Assembly: GCA_964016885.1 (NCBI GenBank)
Contig: OZ024742.1
Location: forward strand, 317,626,001-317,690,000
Length of the DNA stretch: 64,000 bases
Reading direction: 5' to 3'
DNA from: Eledone cirrhosa
Taxonomy: Eukaryota
Shown: positions 1-13,400 of the stretch, in pieces
How positions within the stretch are numbered: position 1 is the first letter of the stretch
Layout: each line of letters begins with the position of its first letter
Notes under the pieces: model-generated
The model's input: only the letters and a program-made list of their open reading frames with translations
Databases searched by the model: none
What the model was told of the DNA's origin: nothing
Position numbers and translations under genes: made by a program

Positions 1-70
1 AACCTTTGGTTTAAGGCAATCCAGTTAGGGTTTTGTACAGCCAACCATGTTATTCTTCACTCCTTCACTA

Positions 71-210
<140 letters not shown>

Positions 211-371
211 AGTTCTTTGCTGTGTTACACGCACGCGCATCACACAAAAACGGAAGCTGGCAATCGAAATGTAAGTCCAGCAATGGAATAAGGGTATATC
301 TAGAAAGGTTTATTGATACTAATTTTATAACATCAAAGAAGAAGAAAACCTCCCAGTTATGATAACGAACC

Positions 372-410
372 TGACTGCTATTTCTAGCAGGTTGGGAATC
401 AACCATAAAG
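372..410 (+). mobile_element. Fragment of dispersed repeat family (motif GCTGCTATTTCTAGCAGG), copy 1
   Basis: tgactgctatttctagcaggttggg matches the motif at ~745-790, ~62430-62455 and the reverse complement at ~57684-57709. Family identity is not established. Confidence 0.55.
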
Positions 411-485
411 GATTCTCTCTGCACGTTCATTGTCAGTGATGATCGTAAATCCCGGCAAGCCTCTCCGATTCGAACGCTGATTTAT

Positions 486-508
486 ACACACATACATTCA
501 CACGCACA

Positions 509-576
<68 letters not shown>

Positions 577-600
577 TACATACACATGTGCGCGTGCGCA
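486..600. repeat. (CA)n microsatellite with degenerate flanks
   Basis: Pure CA run ~510-572, flanked by CATA/CACG variants. Confidence 0.97.
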
Positions 601-672
601 TTTATATTGTAAGCCTGACAACGTATCCAATACAGATGTTTTCTCTTCTAACAGTCTTCTCTTATCATGTTT

Positions 673-702
673 ACCCGGGCAAAGCTGGGTACTTCAGCTA
701 GT
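673..702 (+). mobile_element. Helitron-like 3' terminus (hairpin + CTAG followed by T)
   Basis: ACCCGGGC-AAA-GCTGGGT imperfect GC-rich hairpin at 673-690, then CTAG at 698-701 followed by T. This is the canonical Helitron 3' end arrangement. No 5' TC end was identified. Confidence 0.55.
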
Positions 703-734
703 AATGCTTTACCTTCTTTGGGGATACGTTACGA

Positions 735-800
735 TTTGAGAGAAATTTGGCTGCTATTTCAGGCAGTTTGAGAAACCACGTAGAAACTTACTCGCTGGCT
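735..800 (+). mobile_element. Fragment of dispersed repeat family, copy 2, immediately upstream of the satellite
   Basis: gagagaaatttggctgctatttcaggcag aligns with gagagtgatttggctactatttctagcatgg at ~62424-62454. Confidence 0.6.
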
Positions 801-810
801 CACACGAGCT

Positions 811-1458
811 GTTGTTATTGCTGCCAACGTTGTTCTTGTTACTGCTGTTGTTAATGGTATTGTTATTGCTGTTGTTGTGCTAGTGGTTACTGTCATGGCT
901 GCTGTTGTTGTTGATGATTATGATGTTTGCTATAGTTGTTGTTGCTGTTGTTACTGGTATTGTTATTGTTGTTGTTATTGTTGTTGTGCTAGTGGTTACT
1001 GCCATAGCTGCTGCTGTTGTTGTTGTTGATGCTGTTGTTGTTGCTGTTGTTGTTGTTGTTGATGCTGTTTCTTATTGTTGCTGTTGTTGTTTCTGTTGTT
1101 GTTGTTGTTGTTGTTGATGAGCTGATTGTTATTGTTGTTGTTGAAGATACTGTTGTTGTTGCTGTTGTTGTTGTTGTTTCTGTTGTTGTTGTTGTTGTTG
1201 ATGAGCTGTTTGTTATTGTTGTTGTTGATGATGCTGTTGTTGTTGCTGTTGTTGTTGTTTCTGTTGTTTGTTATTGTTGCTGTTGTTGTTGCTGTTGTGG
1301 TTTCTGTTGTTACTGTTGTGGTTTCTGTTGTTGTTGCTGTTGTTGTTCTTGTTGATGTTGTTTGTTATTGTTGCTGTTGTTGTTGTTGATGTTGTTTGTT
1401 ATTGTTCCTCTTGTTGTTTCTGTTGTTGTTGTTGTAGTTGTTGATGTTTTTTGTTATT
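811..1458. repeat. Degenerate (GTT)n zone with GCT/GAT/ATT/TCT interruptions (left edge of array)
   Basis: Triplet-periodic GTT with many variants. Internal duplications: ggtattgttatt...gtgctagtggttactg at ~856 and ~956; gttgatgagctg at ~1113 and ~1197. Confidence 0.93.
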
Positions 1459-4400
1459 GTTACTGTTGTCGTTACTGATGTTACTGTTGTTACTGTTGTT
1501 GTTACTGTTGTTACTGTTGTTACTGTTGTTGTTACTGTTGTTGTTACTGTTGTTATTACTATTGTTACTGTTGTCGTTACTGTTGTTGTTAATGTTGTTA
1601 CTGTTGTTGTTACTGTTGTTATTACAATTGTTACTATTGTTGTTACTGTTGTTACTGTTGTTGTTACTGTTGTTGTTGTTACTGTTGTTGTTACTGTTGT
1701 TACTGTTGTTGTTACTGTTGTTGTTACTGTTGTTGTTACTGTTGTTACTGTTGTTGTTACTGTTGTTGTTACTGTTGTTGTTACTGTTGTTGTTGTTACT
1801 GTTGTTGTTACTATTGTTACTGTTGTTACTGTTGTTGTTACTGTTGTTACTGTTGTTGTTACTGTTGTTGTTACTGTTGTTGTTGTTACTGTTGTTACTG
1901 TTGTTGTTACTGTTGTTACTGTTGTTGCTGTTGTTGTTACTGTTGTTGTTACTCTTGTTACTGTTGTTGTTACTGTTGTTACTGTTGTTGTTACTCTTTG
2001 TTACTGTTGTTGTTACTGTTGTTGTTACTGTTGTTACTGTTGTTACTGTTGTTGTTACTGTTGTTGTTACTGTTGTTGTTACTGTTGTTGTTACTGTTGT
2101 TTCTGTTGTTGTTACTGTTGTTACTGTTGTTGTTACTGTTGTTGTTATTGTTGTTGTTACTGTTATTACTGTTGTTGTTACTGTTGTTGATATTGTTGTT
2201 GTTACTGTTGTTTCTGTTGTTGTTTCTGTGGTTGTTACAGTTGTTGTTACTGTTGGTACTGTTGTTACTGTTGTTACTGTTGTTGTTACTGTTGTTGTTA
2301 CTGTTGTTTCTGTTGTTGTTACTGTTGTTGTTACTGTTGTTTCTGTTGTTGTTACTGTTGTTGTTACTGTTGTTACTGTTGTTGTTACTGTTGTTGTTAC
2401 TGTTGTTGTTACTCTTTGTTACTGTTGTTGTTACTGTTTTTTCTGTTGTTGTTACTGTTGTTACTGTTGTTGTTACTGTTGTTACTGTTGTTACTGTTGT
2501 TGTTACTGTTGTTGTTACTGTTGTTAATGTTGTTGTTACTGTTGTTGTTACTGTTGTTGTTACTGTTGTTACTGTTGTTGTTACTGTTGTTGTTACTGTT
2601 GTTGTTACTGTTGTTACTGTTGTTGTTACTGTTGTTGTTACTGTTGTTTTTACTGTTGTTGTTACTGTTGTTACTGTTGTTACTGTTGTTGTTACTGTTG
2701 TTGTTACTGTTGTTGTTACTGTTGTTGTTACTGTTGTTGTTACTCTTTGTTACTGTTGTTGTTACTGTTGTTTCTGTTGTTGTTACTGTTGTTGTTGGTA
2801 CTTTTGTTGTTACTGTTGTTACTGTGGTTACTGTTGTTGTTACTGTTGTTGTTACTGTTGTTGTTACTGTTTTTGTTACTGTTGTTGTTACTGTTGTTGT
2901 TACACTTTGTTACTGTTGTTGTTACTGTTGTTTCTGTTGTTGTTACACTTTGTTACTGTTGTTTCTGTTGTTGTTACTGTTGTTGTTAATGTTGTTTCTG
3001 TGGTTGTTACAGTTGTTACTGTTGTTACTGTTGTTGTTACTGTTGTTACTGTTGTTACTGTTGTTGTTACTATTGTTGTTACTGTTGTTACTGTTGTTGT
3101 TACTGTTGTTGTTACTGTTGTTACTGTTGTTGTTACTGTTGTTGTTACTGTTGTTGTTACTGTTGTTACTGTTGTTGTTACTGTTGTTACTGTTGTTGTT
3201 ACTGTTGTTGTTACTGTTGTTACTGTTGTTGTTACTGTTGTTGTTACTGTTGTTACTGTTGTTGTTGCTGTTGTTGTTACTGTTGTTGTTACTGTTGTTG
3301 TTACTGTTGTTTCTGTTGTTGTTACTGTTGTTGTTACTGTTGTTACTGTTGTTGTTACAGTTGTTGTTACTGTTGTTGTTACTGTTGTTACTGTTGTTAC
3401 TGCTGTTGTTACTGTTGTTACTGTTGTTGTTACTGTTGTTGTTACTCTTGTTGTTACTGTTGTTGTTACTGTTGTTACTGTTGTTGTTACTGTTGTTGTT
3501 ACAGTTGTTGTTACTGTTGTTGTTACTGTTGTTACTGTTGTTGTTACAGTTGTTGTTACTGTTGTTGTTACTGTTGTTGTTACTGTTGTTGTTACAGTTG
3601 GTGTTACTGTTGTTGTTACTGTTGTTGTTACAGTTGGTGTTACTGTTGTTGTTACTGTTGTTACTTCTGTTGTTACTGTTGTTACTGTTGTTGTTACTGT
3701 TGTTGTTACTGTTGTTGTTACTGTTGTTGTTACTGTTATTGTTACTGTTGTTGTTACTGTTGTTGTTACTGTTGTTGTTACTGTTGTTACTGTTGTTGTT
3801 ACTGTTGTTGTTACTGTTGTTGTTACTGTTGTTTCTGTTGTTGTTACTGTTGTTGTTACTGTTGTTGTTACTGTTGTTACTGTTGTTACTGTTGTTGTTA
3901 CTGATGTTGTTACTGTTGTTGTTACTGTTGTTGTTACTGTTGTTGTTACTGTTGTTGTTACTGTTGTTACTGTTGTTGTTACTGTTGTTACTGTTGTTGT
4001 TACTGTTGTTGTTACTGTTGTTGTTACTGTTGTTGTTACTGTTGTTACTGTTGTTGTTACAGTTGTTACTGTTGTTGTTACTGTTGTTACCGTTGTTACT
4101 GTTGTTGTTACTGTTGTTACTGTTGTTGTTACTGTTGTTGTTACTGTTGTTGTTACTGTTGTTGTTACTGTTGTTTCTGTTGTTGTTACTGTTGTTGTTA
4201 CTGTTGTTACTGTTGTTGTTACTGTTCTTACTGTTGTTGTTACTGTTGTTACTGTTGTTGTTACTGTTGTTGTTACTGTTGTTGTTACTGTTGTTTCTGT
4301 TATTGTTACGGTTGTTGTTACTGTTGTTACTGTTGTTGTTACTATTGTTACTGTTGTTGTTACTGTTATTGTTACTGTTGTTACTGTTGTTGTTACTGTT

Positions 4401-7400
4401 GTTGTTACTGTTGTTTCTGTTGTTGTTACTGTTGTTGTTACTGTTGTTTCTGTTGTTGTTACTGTTGTTGTTACTGTTGTTGTTGTTACTGTTGTTGTTA
4501 CTGTTGTTACTGTTGTTACTGTTGTTGTTACTGTTGTTGTTACTGTTGTTGTTACTGTTGTTGTTACTGTTGTTGTTACTGTTGTTGTTACTATTGTTAC
4601 TGTTGTTGTTACTATTGTTACTGTTGTTGTTACTGTTGTTACTGTTGATAATGTTGTTGTTACTGTTCTTACTGTTCTTACTGTTGTTACTGTTGTTGTT
4701 ACTGTTGTTACTGTTGTTGTTACTGTTGTTGTTACTGTTGTTGTTACAGTTGTTACTGTTGTTGTTACTGTTGTTGTTACTGTTGTTGTTACTGTTGTTA
4801 CTGTTGTTGTTACTGTTGTTGTTACTGTTGTTGTTACTGTTGTTGTTACTGTTATTGTTACTGTTGTTGTTACTGTTGTTGTTACTGTTGTTAATGTTGT
4901 TGTTACTGTTGTTACTGTTGTTACTGTTGTTGTTACTGTTGTTACTGTTGTTGTTACTGTTGTTGTTACTGTTGTTGTTACTGTTGTTACTGTTGTAGTT
5001 ACTGTTGTTGTTACTGTTGTTACTGTTGTTGTTACTGTTGTTACTGTTGTTACTGTTGTTGTTACTGTTGTTACTGATGTTACTGTTGTTACTGTTGTTA
5101 CTGTTGTTGTTACTGTTGTTACTGTTGTTGTTACTGTTGTTACTGTTGTTACTGTTGTTGTTATTGTTGTTACTGTTGTTGTTACTGTTGTTACTGTTGT
5201 TGTTACTGTTGTTACTGTTGTTACTGTTGTTACTGTTGTTACTGTTCGTGTTACTGTTGCTACTGTTATTGTTACTGTTGTTACTCTTGTTATTACTGTT
5301 GTTACTGTTGTTGTTACTGTTGTTACTGTTGTTACTGTTGTTACTGTTGTTGTTACATTTGTTGTTACAGTTGTTGTTACTGTTGTTACTGTTGTTGTTA
5401 CTGTTGTTGTTACTGTTGTTGTTACTGTTGTTGTTACTGTTGTTACTGTTGTTGTTACTGTTGTTACTGTTGTTGTTACTGTTCTTACTGTTGTTGTTAC
5501 TGTTGTTACTGTTGTTGTTACTGTTGTTGTTACTGTTGTTGTTACTGTTGTTTCTGTTATTGTTACGGTTGTTGTTACTGTTGTTACTGTTGTTGTTACT
5601 ATTGTTACTGTTGTTGTTACTGTTATTGTTACTGTTGTTACTGTTGTTGTTACTGTTGTTGTTACTGTTGTTTCTGTTGTTGTTACTGTTGTTGTTACTG
5701 TTGTTGTTACTGTTGTTGTTACTGTTGTTGTTACTGTTGTTGTTGTTACTGTTGTTGTTACTGTTGTTACTGTTGTTACTGTTGTTGTTACTGTTGTTGT
5801 TACTGTTGTTGTTACTGTTGTTGTTACTGTTGTTGTTACTATTGTTACTGTTGTTGTTACTGTTGTTAATGTTGTTGTTACTGTTCTTACTGTTCTTACT
5901 GTTGTTACTGTTGTTGTTACTGTTGTTACTGTTGTTGTTACTGTTGTTGTTACTGTTGTTGTTACAGTTGTTACTGTTGTTGTTACTGTTGTTGTTACTG
6001 TTGTTGTTACTGTTGTTACTGTTGTTGTTACTGTTGTTGTTACTGTTGTTGTTACTGTTGTTGTTACTGTTATCGTTACTGTTGTTGTTACTGTTGTTGT
6101 TACTGTTGTTACTGTTGTTACTGTTGTTGTTACTGTTGTTACTGTTGTTGTTACTGTTGTTGTTACTGTTGTTACTGTTGTTACTGTTGTTGTTACTGTT
6201 GTTACTGATGTTACTGTTGTTACTGTTGTTACTGTTGTTGTTACTGTTGTTACTGTTGTTGTTACTGTTGTTGTTACTGTTGTTGTTACTGTTATCGTTA
6301 CTGTTGTTGTTACTGTTGTTGTTACTGTTGTTACTGTTGTAGTTACTGTTGTTGTTACTGTTGTTACTGTTGTTGTTACTGTTGTTACTGTTGTTACTGT
6401 TGTTACTGTTGTTGTTACTGTTGTTACTGATGTTACTGTTGTTACTGTTGTTACTGTTGTTGTTACTGTTGTTACTGTTGTTGTTACTGTTGTTACTGTT
6501 GTTACTGTTGTTGTTATTGTTGTTACTGTTGTTGTTACTGTTGTTACTGTTGTTGTTACTGTTGTTACTGTTGTTACTGTTGTTACTGTTCGTGTTACTG
6601 TTGCTACTGTTATTGTTACTGTTGTTACTCTTGTTATTACTGTTGTTACTGTTGTTGTTACTGTTGTTACTGTTGTTACTGTTGTTACTGTTGTTGTTAC
6701 ATTTGTTGTTACAGTTGTTGTTACTGTTGTTACTGTTGTTACTGTTCGTGTTACTGTTGCTACTGTTGTTGTTACTGTTGTTACAGTTGTTGTTATTGTT
6801 GTTGTTACATTTGTTGTTACAGTTATTGTTACTGTTGTTACTGTTGTTACTGTTGTTACTGTTCGTGTTAGTGCGGTTACTGTTGTTGTTACTGTTGTTA
6901 CTGTTGTTATTACTGTTGTTACTGTTGTTGTTACTGTTGTTTCTGTTGTTGTTACTGTTGTTGTTACATTTTTTGTTACAGTTATTGTTACTGTTGTTAC
7001 TGTTGTTACTGTTCGTGTTACTGCGGGTACTGTTGTTGTTACTGTTGTTACTGTTGTTATTACTGTTGTTACTGTTGTTGTTACTGTTGTTACTGTTGTT
7101 GTTACTGTTGTTACTGTTGTTGTTACATTTGTTGTTACAGTTGTTGTTACTGTTGTTACTGTTGTTACTATTGTTGTTACTGTTGTTACTGTTGTTGTTA
7201 CTGTTGTTGTTACTGTTGTTGTTACTGTTGTTACTGTTGTAGTTACTGTTGTTGTTACTGTTGTTACTGTTGTTGTTACTGTTGTTACTGTTGTTACTGT
7301 TGTTGTTACTGTTGTTACTGATGTTACTGTTGTTACTGTTGTTACTGTTGTTGTTATTGTTGTTACTGTTGTTGTTACTGTTGTTACTGTTGTTGTTACT

Positions 7401-10400
7401 GTTGTTACTGTTGTTACTGTTGTTACTGTTGTTACTGTTCGTGTTACTGTTGCTACTGTTATTGTTACTGTTGTTACTCTTGTTATTACTGTTGTTACTG
7501 TTGTTGTTACTGTTGTTACTGTTGTTACTGTTGTTACTGTTGTTGTTACATTTGTTGTTACAGTTGTTGTTACTGTTGTTACTGTTGTTGTTACTGTTGT
7601 TGTTACTGTTGTTGTTACTGTTCTTACTGTTGTTGTTACTGTTGTTACTGTTGTTGTTACTGTTCTTACTGTTGTTGTTACTGTTGTTACTGTTGTTGTT
7701 ACTGTTGTTGTTACTGTTGTTGTTACTGTTGTTTCTGTTATTGTTACGGTTGTTGTTACTGTTGTTACTGTTGTTGTTACTATTGTTACTGTTGTTGTTA
7801 CTGTTATTGTTACTGTTGTTACTGTTGTTGTTACTGTTGTTGTTACTGTTGTTTCTGTTGTTGTTACTGTTGTTGTTACTGTTGTTGTTACTGTTGTTGT
7901 TACTGTTGTTGTTGTTACTGTTGTTGTTACTGTTGTTACTGTTGTTACTGTTGTTGTTACTGTTGTTGTTACTGTTGTTGTTACTGTTGTTGTTACTGTT
8001 GTTGTTACTATTGTTACTGTTGTTGTTACTGTTGTTAATGTTGTTGTTACTGTTCTTACTGTTCTTACTGTTGTTACTGTTGTTGTTACTGTTGTTACTG
8101 TTGTTGTTACTGTTGTTGTTACTGTTGTTGTTACAGTTGTTACTGTTGTTGTTACTGTTGTTGTTACTGTTGTTGTTACTATTGTTGTTACTGTTGTTAC
8201 TGTTGTTGTTACTGTTGTTGTTACTGTTGTTGTTACTGTTGTTGTTACTGTTATCGTTACTGTTGTTGTTACTGTTGTTGTTACTGTTGTTACTGTTGTT
8301 ACTGTTGTTGTTACTGTTGTTACTGTTGTTGTTACTGTTGTTGTTACTGTTGTTACTGTTGTTACTGTTGTTGTTACTGTTGTTACTGATGTTACTGTTG
8401 TTACTGTTGTTACTGTTGTTGTTACTGTTGTTACTGTTGTTGTTACTGTTGTTGTTACTGTTGTTGTTACTGTTATCGTTACTGTTGTTGTTACTGTTGT
8501 TGTTACTGTTGTTACTGTTGTTACTGTTGTAGTTACTGTTGTTGTTACTGTTGTTACTGTTGTTGTTACTGTTGTTACTGTTGTTACTGTTGTTGTTACT
8601 GTTGTTACTGATGTTACTGTTGTTACTGTTGTTACTGTTGTTGTTACTGTTGTTGTTACTGTTGTTACTGTTGTTACTGTTGTTGTTATTGTTGTTACTG
8701 TTGTTGTTACTGTTGTTACTGTTGTTGTTACTGTTGTTACTGTTGTTACTGTTGTTACTGTTCGTGTTACTGTTGCTACTGTTATTGTTACTGTTGTTAC
8801 TCTTGTTATTACTGTTGTTACTGTTGTTGTTACTGTTGTTACTGTTGTTACTGTTGTTACTGTTGTTGTTACATTTGTTGTTACAGTTGTTGTTACTGTT
8901 GTTACTGTTGTTACTGTTCGTGTTACTGTTGCTACTGTTGTTGTTACTGTTGTTACAGTTGTTGTTATTGTTGTTGTTACATTTGTTGTTACAGTTATTG
9001 TTACTGTTGTTACTGTTGTTACTGTTGTTACTGTTCGTGTTAGTGCGGTTACTGTTGTTGTTACTGTTGTTATTACTGTTGTTACTGTTGTTGTTACTGT
9101 TGTTACTGTTGTTGTTACTGTTGTTGTTACATTTGTTGTTACTGTTGTTGTTACTGTTGTTACTGTTGTTATTACTGTTGTTACTGTTGTTGTTACTGTT
9201 GTTACTGTTGTTGTTACTGTTGTTACTGTTGTTGTTACATTTGTTGTTACAGTTGTTGTTACTGTTGTTACTGTTGTTACTGTTGTTGTTACTGTTGTTA
9301 CTGTTGTTACTGTTGTTGTTACTGTTGTTATTACTGTTGTTACTGTTGTTGTTACTGTTGTTACTGTTATTGTTACTGTTGTTACTGTTGTTGTTACATT
9401 TGTGGTTACAGTTGTTGTTACTGTTGTTACTGTTGTTGTTACTGTTGTTACTGTTGTTAGTGTTGTTGTTACTGTTGTTACTGTTGTTGTTACAGTTGTT
9501 ACTGTTGTTACTGTTGTTACTGTTGTTACTGTTGTTGTCACTGTTGTTGTTACTGTTGTTACTGTTGTTACTGTTGTTACTGTTGTTGTTACTGTTGTTG
9601 TTACTGTTGTTACTGTTGTTGTTACTCTTTGTTACTGTTGTTGTTACTGTTGTTACTGTTGCTGTTACTGTTGTTACTGTTGTTGTTACTCTTGTTACTG
9701 TTGTTGTTACTGTTGTTGTTACTGTTGTTGTTACTGTTGTCACTGTTGTTGTTACACTTGTTACTGTTGTTGTTACTGTTGTTGTTACTGTTGTTGTTAC
9801 TGTTGTTGTTACTGTTGTTACTGTTGTTGTTACTGTTGTTACTGTTGTTACTGTTGTTGTTACTGTTGTTACTGTTGTTACTGTTTTTGTTACTGTTGTT
9901 AATGTTGTTGTTACTGTTGTTACTGTTGTTGCTGTTGTTGTTACTGTTGTTACTGTTGTTGTTACTGTTGTTGTTACTGTTGTTACTGTTGTCGTTACTG
10001 TTGTTACTGTTGTTACTGTTGTTGTTACTGTTGTTACTGTTGTTATTGTTGTTGTTACTGTTGTTGTTACTGTTGTTGTTACTGTTGTTACTGTTGTTGT
10101 TACTTTTGTTGTTACTGTCGTTTCTGTTGTTACTGTTGTTGTTACTGTTGTTACTGTTGTTATTGTTGTTGTTACTGTTGTTACTGTTGTTAATCTTGTT
10201 ACTGTTGTTGTTACTGTTGTTACTGTTGTTATTGTTGTTGTTGTTACTGTTGTTACTGTTGTTACTGTTGTTAATGTTGTTACTGTTGTTGTTATTGTTG
10301 TTACTGTTGTTGTTGTTGTTACTGTTGTTGTTGTTGTTACTGTTGTTACTATTGTTACTGTTGTTACTGTTGTTATTGTTGTTGTTACTGTTGTTACTGT

Positions 10401-13400
10401 TGTTACTGTTGTTACTGTTGTTGTTACTGTTGTTGTTGTTGTTACTGTTGTTACTGTCATTGTTGTTGTTGTTACTGTTGTTGTTGTTGTTACTGTTGTT
10501 ACTGTTGTTATTGTTGTTGTTACTGTTGTTACTGTTGTTAATGTTGTTACTGTTGTTGTTACTGTTGTTGTTACTGTTGTTACTGTTGTTGTTGTTCTTA
10601 CTGTTGTTGTTGTTCTTACTGTTGTTACTGTTGTTACTGTTGTTACTGTTCTTGTTACTGTTGTTGTTACTGTTGTTACTGTTGTTACTGTTGTTGTTAC
10701 TGTTGTTGTTACTGTTGTTACTGTTCTTACTGTTCTTACTGTTGTTGTTACTGTTGTTGTTACTGTTGTTACTATTGTTACTGTTGTTGTTACTGTTGTT
10801 ACTGTTGTTACTGTTGTTGTTACTGTTGTTGTTACTGTTGTTGTTTCTGTTGTTGTTACTGTTGTTACTGTTGTTACGGTTGTTGTTACTGTTGTTACTG
10901 TTGTTACTGTTGTTGTTACTGTTGTTGTTACTGTTGTTACTATTGTTACTGTTGTTGTTACTGTTGTTACTGTTGTTACTGTTGTTGTTACTGTTGTTAC
11001 TGTTGTTGTTACTGTTGTTGTTACTGTTGTTGTTACTGTTGTTGTTACTGTTGTTACTGTTGTTACTGTTGTTACTGTTGTTGTTACTGTTGTTGTTACT
11101 GTTGTTACTGTTGTTACTGTTCTTACTGTTGTTGTTACTGTTGTTGTTACTGGTGTTACTATTGTTACGGTTGTTGTTACTGTTGTTACTGTTGTTACTG
11201 TTGTTGTTACTGTTGTTGTTACAGTTGTTGTTACTGTTGTTGTTACTGTTGTTGTTACTGTTGTTACTGTTGTTGTTACAGTTGTTGTTACTGTTGTTGT
11301 TACTGTTGTTGTTACTGTTGTTGTTACAGTTGGTGTTACTGTTGTTGTTACTGTTGTTACTTCTGTTGTTACTGTTGTTACTGTTGTTGTTACTGTTGTT
11401 GTTACTGTTGTTGTTACTGTTGTTGTTACTGTTGTTGTTACTGTTGTTGTTACTGTTGTTACTGTTGTTGTTACTGTTTTTGTTGCTGTTATTGTTACTG
11501 TTGTTGTTACTGTTGTTTCTGTTGTTGTTACTGTTGTTGTTACTGTTGTTGTTACTGTTGTTACTGTTGTTACTGTTGTTGTTACTGATGTTGTTACTGT
11601 TGTTGTTACTGTTGTTGTTACTGTTGTTGTTACTGTTGTTGTTACTGTTGTTACTGTTGTTGTTACTGTTGTTACTGTTGTTACTGTCGTTGTTACTGTT
11701 GTTACTGTTGTTACTGTTGTCGTTACTGTTCTTGTTACTGTTCTTGTTACTGTTGTTACTGTTGTTGTTACTGTTGTTGTTACTGTTGTTGTTACTGTTG
11801 TTGTTACTGTTGTTGTTACTGTTGTTACTGTTGTTGTTATAGTTGTTACTGTTGTTGTTACTGTTGTTACCGTTATTACTGTTGTTGTTACTGTTGTTAC
11901 TGTTGTTGTTACTGTTGTTGTTACTGTTGTTGTTACAGTTGTTTCTGTTGTTGTTACTGTTGTTGTTACTGTTGTTACTGTTGTTGTTACTGTTGTTACT
12001 GTTGCTGTTACTGTTGTTGTTACTGTTGTTGTTACTGTTGTTTCTGTTATTGTTACGGTTGTTGTTACTGTTGTTACTGTTGTTGTTACTATTGTTACTG
12101 TTGTTGTTACTGTTATTGTTACTGTTGTTACTGTTGTTGTTACTGTTGTTGTTACTGTTGTTGTTACTGTTGTTGTTACTGTTGTTGTTACTGTTGTTGT
12201 TGCTGTTGTTGTTACTGTTGTTACTGTTGTTGTTACTGTTTTTGTTACTGTTGTTGTTACTGTTGTTGTTACTGTTGTTTCTGTTGTTGTTACTGTTGTT
12301 GTTACTGTTGTTGTTACTGTTGTTACTGTTGTTGTTACTGATGTTGTTACTGTTGTTGTTACTGTTGTTGTTACTGTTGTTGTTACTGTTGTTGTTACTG
12401 TTGTTACTGTTGTTGTTACTGTTGTTACTGTTGTTACCGTTGTTACTGTTGTTGTTACTGTTGTTACTGTTGTTGTTACTGTTGTTGTTACAGTTGTTGT
12501 TACTGTTGTTTCTGTTGTTGTTACTGTTGTTGTTACTGTTGTTACTGTTGTTGTTACTGTTGTTACTGTTGTTGTTACTGTTGTTACTGTTGTTGTTACT
12601 GTTGTTGTTACTGTTGTTGTTACTGTTGTTGTTACTGTTGTTTCTGTTATTGTTACGGTTGTTGTTACTGTTGTTACTGTTGTTGTTACTATTGTTACTG
12701 TTGTTGTTATTGTTATTGTTACTGTTGTTACTGTTGTTGTTACTGTTGTTGTTACTGTTGTTTCTGTTGTTGTTACTGTTGTTGTTACTGTTGTTGTTAC
12801 TGTTGTTGTTACTGTTGTTGTTACTGTTGTTTCTGTTGTTGTTACTGTTGTTGTTAGTGTTGTTGTTACTGTTGTTGTTACTGTTGTTGTTACTGTTGTT
12901 TCTGTTGTTGCTACTGTTGTTGTTACTGTTGTTGTTGTTACTGTTGTTGTTACTGTTGTTACTGTTGTTACTGTTGTTGTTACTGATGTTGTTACTGTTG
13001 TTGTTACTGTTGTTAATGTTGTTGTTACTGTTGTTGTTACTGTTGTTGTTACTGTTGTTGTTACTGTTGTTTCTGTTGTTGTTACTGTTGTTGTTACTGT
13101 TGTTACTGTTGTTGTTACAGTTGTTGTTACTGTTGTTGTTACTGTTGTTACTGCTGTTGTTACTGTTGTTACTGTTGTTGTTACTGTTGTTGTTACTGTT
13201 GTTGTTACTGTTGTTACTGTTGTTGTTACTGTTGTTGTTACAGTTGTTGTTACTGTTGTTGTTACTGTTGTTACTGTTGTTGTTACAGTTGTTGTTACTG
13301 TTGTTGACACTGTTGTTGTTACTGTTGTTGTTACAGTTGGTGTTACTGTTGTTGTTACTGTTGTTACTTCTGTTGTTACTGTTGTTACTGTTGTTGTTAC

